From contig CM074818.1 in assembly GCA_037447605.1 (NCBI GenBank), forward strand, positions 1,314,617 through 1,378,616: DNA of 64,000 nucleotides, given 5' to 3'. Source of the DNA: Zygnema circumcarinatum SAG 698-1b. Lineage: Eukaryota; Plantae; Zygnematophyceae. Shown one piece after another: positions 58,410-64,000 of this stretch (the stretch's first letter is position 1; the number at the start of each line of letters is the position of its first letter). The position numbers and the translations under genes were made by a program. The notes below the pieces were generated by a model. The model ran no database searches, had not been told where the DNA came from, and worked only from the letters and a program-made list of their open reading frames with translations.

Positions 58410-59525
58410 ATGGGCAACTGCTGCCCGCCATATTGTGATGCAGCTTCTCGGGCACAGAAGGAGGCTCTACCTCTGCCGCCTCCTCGTGCTGTTCCTCCTC
58501 TCTCTCCTCCACTTCCCGCTCCGCCTCCTCCTCAAAGCCTAAATCCTGGGAGCAACGGCGGGAGCGGTCGTGGAGCTTCGGGGCGTCCGGGTGTAGGCAT
58601 CCAGCTCTCTCAGCTGACTGTATTTAAGTACAGAGACCTGGAGTTGGCTACAAATAAGTTTAAGGAGGACTTGGTTCTAGGAGTGGGAGGATTTGGAACA
58701 GTATACAAGGGGTGGATTAAGGATGGAGTAGGAGGGCAGCTGATTCCTGTTGCGGTGAAGAAGCTGAAGCCGGACAGCAAGCAGGGGGAGAGAGAATGGC
58801 TGCAAGAGATTCTCCATCTAAGCCGTCTGCGTCACCCTAATCTTGTGCGGTTGATTGGATACTGCGCCGAACACTCGCAAGGCCTGCTTGTGTATGAGTT
58901 TATGCCAAACGGCAGCCTCGATTATCATCTTTTTATGGATGCGGGCATGGTAGACAAACCCTTGAGTTTGGAGATCCGTGTGAAGATCGCTCTCGGAGCG
59001 GCAGAGGCGCTGGCGTATCTGCACCAGAGGGAAGTTGTTCATCGAGACTTTAAACCTGCGAACATCCTATTGGATCGACACTACAACGTGAAGCTCACTG
59101 ACTTTGGCTATGCAAAGGCTACAGACGCCAATACGAGTGGGATAAGCACGCGAATACTGGGGGACAGAGGCTATCTTGATCCGCGGTACCTTGAGACAGG
59201 TCTCCTGAACAAAAAAAGTGACGTTTACTCCTTTGGAATATTGCTACTGGAGCTTCTTACCGGCCAGCCAGCCGTCGATGTAAACAATGAAAAAAAGCGG
59301 TTGCTGGTAGAGTGGGCAGAGCCTTTATTGGTTAATCCGAAGTTCATAACAGAGAAGCTCTTCGATCCAGCACTTCAAGGACAGGTTTCTTCGAAGGTTG
59401 CTGAAAGAGCTGCAATCAAGCTGGGAGTTCTAGCACGGCACTGCATTCAGAAGGATCCGAAAATGCGGCCGTTAATGAGTGACGTTGTCATAAGCATCCA
59501 AGCTCTCCTGCACCTTTTGGGATAA
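58410..59525 (+). CDS. Receptor-like cytoplasmic kinase, RLCK-VII (PBL/BIK1-like), intronless
   Basis: MGNCC acylation motif, FKYRDLELATNKF, LGVGGFGTVYKGWI, VAVKKL, QGEREWLQE, HRDFKPANILL, DFG, KSDVYSFG. Confidence 0.92.
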   Translation: MGNCCPPYCDAASRAQKEALPLPPPRAVPPLSPPLPAPPPPQSLNPGSNGGSGRGASGRPGVGIQLSQLTVFKYRDLELATNKFKEDLVLGVGGFGTVYKGWIKDGVGGQLIPVAVKKLKPDSKQGEREWLQEILHLSRLRHPNLVRLIGYCAEHSQGLLVYEFMPNGSLDYHLFMDAGMVDKPLSLEIRVKIALGAAEALAYLHQREVVHRDFKPANILLDRHYNVKLTDFGYAKATDANTSGISTRILGDRGYLDPRYLETGLLNKKSDVYSFGILLLELLTGQPAVDVNNEKKRLLVEWAEPLLVNPKFITEKLFDPALQGQVSSKVAERAAIKLGVLARHCIQKDPKMRPLMSDVVISIQALLHLLG

Positions 59526-61676
59526 AGGAGCCAAAGATGTTGGAAATGCTGGAGCGTTTCTTTTTACTCTTGGTTTCCTCCTCTGCATCTAACTGCAGTG
59601 TGAGTGTACATATCTTTCCCTTTCGTTAAAAGCTGATTTAACATTTTATTCCAATCTACATTTATTTATGAATCAAGTGAAGCACTGCAATCTGGAGGCA
59701 AGCAGTTTTTAGTGATTCGCGCAAGAAATAATTTAATAATTTAAGTTCATCGCATTCAGGAGCTCAGGTGTCCGTCTGTGGCAAAGTTGCAGGCAGTGGT
59801 GCAAAGCAAAACCAGCTCATACTGCTCTCTCACAGGCTTGAAGTTTCACTGCTCTATTTCTGCGACGCAACTCCAGTCGACATTCAATCCTATTCGGGGA
59901 TCAATCACAGCAATAATGTGCTATGTCACTGTTGCATTTTTGTCAATGCGGAAAAATCTGATGACCAAGGAAGGCTATCATCTCGCTTAAAGCAACTGTT
60001 ACTGGCGCTAGCGCTGGCTGACAAGGCATGTGGTCAAAGGCCTTTGTCGTTTCGGTGTTTTTTAATAAATAGGAAGTCTTCACATGCACCGTCACAGGGA
60101 GCCGTCTGTCAGGGTCGTTCAGGCTACCACTTTATGGAGCAGTGTGTGTCAACGTCCTGGATATCTCTCCCTGTCGGAATATGTGCGGCATGAAACATTC
60201 ATTTTCTACATGAAGCGAGACTAGACCATTTGGAGTTAACTTGGGTTTGAAAGTAGTTTGAGTTTGAGTTTGAAATGTACGAGTACAGCTTTTATATCGT
60301 TTGTTTGAGCCGGACCCAAAAATGAGTGCAAACGTTCCCGATACTTGTTGGCAGTCGCGACTTCACTCGCGGAGAGGCCTGTAACAAAACGACAATACGG
60401 CATGCCATTCAGAGGTTACGCATCTGCTCGTTTTATCAGAAGACGAAAGCGCTCAAATTCAAGTACTTGGCTCCCACAGGAGGCTTCCTGTAAGAGCTGA
60501 CAGCACTATGGCAAGGCTACTTTATAAACGGAGTTTAACTAAAGCAAAATTGACAGAAGTTATTCCAATGCTTAAGGCTCAGTGCTTCACATAACGGTGG
60601 CATTTTTGTGAATAGGGCATGTCAAAACTGCGTCTGCACAAGCCCAACCCTGCACCTGTGGTTCAACATTCGTTGCCTTTCTACGATGACTCTTATCCTG
60701 CAGCTAAACAGGATCCTGCCCATGAGTAGTCGAAAGGTAATTCGTGGGATGCTGCTTGCCAGCACTATGAGAACGTTGTCTGTCAGAGAGCCCGTCTCCC
60801 TGCCGTCAAACGGAGTTTCATGCGCTGGAGGAACACTTCTCGGATGATTTCTTTGCGTCCAGTCAGATGTTCCACGAGGGCTTCAGCACAAACCAACAGC
60901 ACGCAGCTTTAGGCCGTCCATGACAACTGAAACTGGAACTAAAACTGCCCTCGCGTATGGAACACGAAGAACATGAGTTTTTTAACCGAGTATAACTGGA
61001 CGACAGTACCCTGAAAAAAAAGTAGGGAAACTTGACCATATGATAAACACGGAATAACAGTAACAATGACAAACGAGGAGGTGTAGAGGATATATACAAT
61101 GAGCACATAAACTATTGACTGAAGATTTGTCTCAGGCCCTTCTATTTCAACAGGTATAGGCCGTACTTTCCAGACCCTAGTACGCTTGCAATAAAAGAGC
61201 TCCAAATGCATGTTCGCGCTAACTCAATTAGCCCTATAATCCTCAAACTCCAAGTTTCCACTTGTGAAAGGAATATGTTCACTCAACTATCTCAGAATTC
61301 TTGGAATTATGTTATTTGCTGAAAGCCGCTAAACTGTGCTGCTCGAACTTTTTGAAAGGCATGACGTAGGGTTACTCAGTCTATACACATGGAGACTTTA
61401 ATGCTGAACCAGATGCGCCCCTACATGCCTCAGAAGAATTACGAGATCGAAAAAGTGACCATTTTATGAAATCAGGAAAAGTCCTCTGCCAAGCATTGGA
61501 CCATTACTAATCCAAGTCATCCTCTGGGTTTCCTATGTCTTTGTGTGATAACCTGATGATACACTTGTCACTGGATGGTAGATATGGTACCATTATGGCT
61601 TACTCGACGAGTGACGAAGATAGAGCTGAAGGAGGGAGTAATTAGTACATGGTCATTTCAAGACAAGGCGACTTAC

Positions 61677-63238
61677 CATCAGTGTATTCGCGGCAATCAT
61701 GACGAAATATCCGAAGCTGTGAGTCCCACCCACCGCTAAAGAAGCGAGCAGCTTGCAAAGCATTGCCGGCAACAGCCCCCACCAACCAGCACCTTTGCCT
61801 CGGTAACTTTGTTAAGCGTCTCTCTTGGACAAGCCCTGCAGAAGACGAGAAGGAGAGCAAATCTTTACATCTCAATTTCACCTTGTGCTTCGGAGTGAGG
61901 CAAAGACCCGTATGATCACAAACTGGAACACTAGCCAAGAAACAAGTCGATCAAACAAGTCTCGATCTCGGTATCCAAAATCAGAGGCATCCAAAATCGT
62001 AGGCAATGACAACCAGGGCATACATCAAGAAATCGCGCAAACTGGAAAAAAATCGAGTTGTAACCAGTCAGCGCCATTGCAGTTGTCTGCAGGCATTCCT
62101 CAGCACGACCTTTGCACAGTCGAAAGGCATTGCAGTGGAGTTGCGTGGTGGACACAATCATTCAAGCTTTAGACAAGCCTCACAGTTCTATGAAGCAACA
62201 TCCTTCCCCAGAGGGTTGCCAGTTTAGACGATGCAACGAAGTCAGAAGTGAAAGTTCCAAGCAGCAAAGACAAAAAAAGGACAAGGAAGAAGATGAATAC
62301 AAGGGAAACACACCAGGTACGGCTTGTCCCGAAAGCACTCGAAGCGCCACCCCTGGATCTGTGGGATTGTGTGGTCGAAAGTCGAACAAGAAGCACTGCA
62401 TAGCAGTGTTCGCGTACTAGAAGTTTGCGTCATGCTTCAGAAATCTTCTTTTCTGGTTCAGGAGACTGTAGTAGGCATGCCTACATAGTACGCGACGAAG
62501 CCAGCTTGAAAGCCCACGCTGAGGAGCACACATCTAGCAAATCATGCAGAATGCCCACTTGATTGCAAGCACTGTACATGCAGCCGTGAGGCGCCGTTTC
62601 AACTGCTACCAGCATTCATGTGATCCGCGAGAGAGACAAAAAAAATGATGGATGGACATGCTCGTATGAGCTCCAAGAAACCCTAAAAGGTACCAGAATC
62701 GATCCATCCTGAAGCAGAGTACCTTGCCATCAGGCTCTGCAACGATGACCATGCAATGCTCAAACGCGAAGGGCAACGTTTGACTCCCAAATCTTGCCAG
62801 GAGCTGAGCCGGTCCTTCAGGCACGTCCAAATCGATTGTTGCAACGTACACAAGGCATTGCTCTGCCTCAACTCTTTCATCAGTCTCTAAATCTCCAACA
62901 CCTGCACTTGAATCCCGTATTCTTGCCCCACGGCCACCCCCTTTCAATTTTCCCTCTGCGTTTCTATCCAGCTTCATCTTCAACCTGCCTCTCAAGGTTG
63001 TTGAAAATCTGTTCCAAAAATCTTTCTGTGCATAGTGTGCACATGTAGAAATATAATTACTTGCGTCCACCGCATTCCGTGAAGCAGGCGATTTTAAGAT
63101 AATTCTATAAGAGGCAACGATTGGAGAATTAGGACACGCTCGGCAGAAGGAGGAGGCCGGAGAAGCGGCAGGCGCAGCTTGCTCCCAAGTGAGCTCGTGC
63201 GTTGCCCATGTGCGGGCGCATGAGCCTCTCCCAGCCAT
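61677..63238 (-). CDS. Conserved plant protein of unknown function (at least 3 exons; 3' end below 61677 unresolved, start tentative)
   Basis: Exons encode VYVATIDL..GPAQLL..EHCMVIV, FDFRPHNP..VALRVLSGQAVPG, RRLTKLPRQRCWLVG..WDSQLRIFRHDCREYTD. Resembles an uncharacterised land-plant family (from memory). Confidence 0.75.
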
Positions 63239-64000
63239 CCCCTCTGCGGCGGAAGGTACCTCGGAGGGCCCCTCGAGGAATGGCGGGGGGCGCCTGCCTC
63301 GGCAGACCCCTGCCAAGGCTGGCTGGCTATGGCGGAGGGGGGGGGGGGGGAGCGAGGGAGGGAGGCGGCCTCCCCTTCAAGCTAGGGCTTGCTCTGCCAT
63401 CTGCTTCCCTCCCCTCCCTGTCACAAACAAGGCCGGAGCATGAGGGCAAGTTTTGCCCACCTGGCCCCCACGTGGCACCTACGTGGCCGCCACGAAGGAT
63501 AAGAGACCTCGAAAAGGTACTAGGCTCAGGAGCTGACCAATCCTGTCGCTCCCTCGCACGTGCGATCGATGCTTGCCCGGCTTTTGGGGCGGCCGCTGGT
63601 CCGAAGATAGGAAAAGCCTCGAAGAGGAAAAAAGAGAAACTCGCAAACAAGGCATTCAAATGGTGGACTGGAAGCTCAAGAAGTTAAAAAAGGACATTAT
63701 TCTCAATGACTTCCATACGGATTTGTCCAACAAACTGAATGTTGGTGACTCGCAAAATATCAAGCCTCTACAAGAGTTCGACGAGAGCCCGAAAACACAG
63801 GACTGGTTGAATAGAAGTGAAGAATGCTGGTCTCACAATTCGCTCTCACATGTACAGATTGCATATCAGACATCACCAAGACGGCTTTTGGTCGAGATCA
63901 GCCTGCCAGCAACCGCTCTTACTCAAATAAAATCGAGCACAGGAGCAACAAACAATGAGTAATTGCAGCAGCGTAGATTTAATGGAAAGGGAGAGGGCTT

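Noticed and set aside
63573-63962. 129-aa ORF at the window end
   Set aside because: No recognisable homology; cannot be judged without downstream sequence.

Overview
Eukaryotic, intron-rich nuclear DNA of a green plant, most likely a streptophyte alga or other early-diverging streptophyte (inferred from plant-type orthologues; no species call). I can reconstruct 13 protein-coding genes: NUP35, SART3, LSG1, SDHAF4, an At3g50370/PRRC2-like gene, a Cys-rich plant protein, CAT9, a divergent NOT9 paralogue, canonical NOT9/RCD1, a plastid LEA-like protein, a DUF2039/C9orf85 protein, an intronless RLCK-VII kinase and an uncharacterised plant protein. The promoter-side intergenic gaps are packed with non-autonomous DNA transposons whose TIRs and TSDs can be read directly: 3 Mutator-type, 2 Tc1/mariner-type and 2 PHIS-type with AWT TSDs. 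There are also dispersed repeat families, several carrying arrays of plant cis-elements (G-box+MSA composites, GTAC, CATG). Most notable: (1) a tail-to-tail NOT9 pair whose second copy keeps the intron pattern but has a remodelled peptide-binding groove; (2) regularly spaced G-box/MSA composite arrays; (3) a five-MITE pile-up in one divergent promoter; (4) an ABRE-driven plastid LEA-like gene; (5) an intronless RLCK with a non-canonical activation segment. No CRISPR, tRNA or rRNA found. All gene models and alignments were made by eye.
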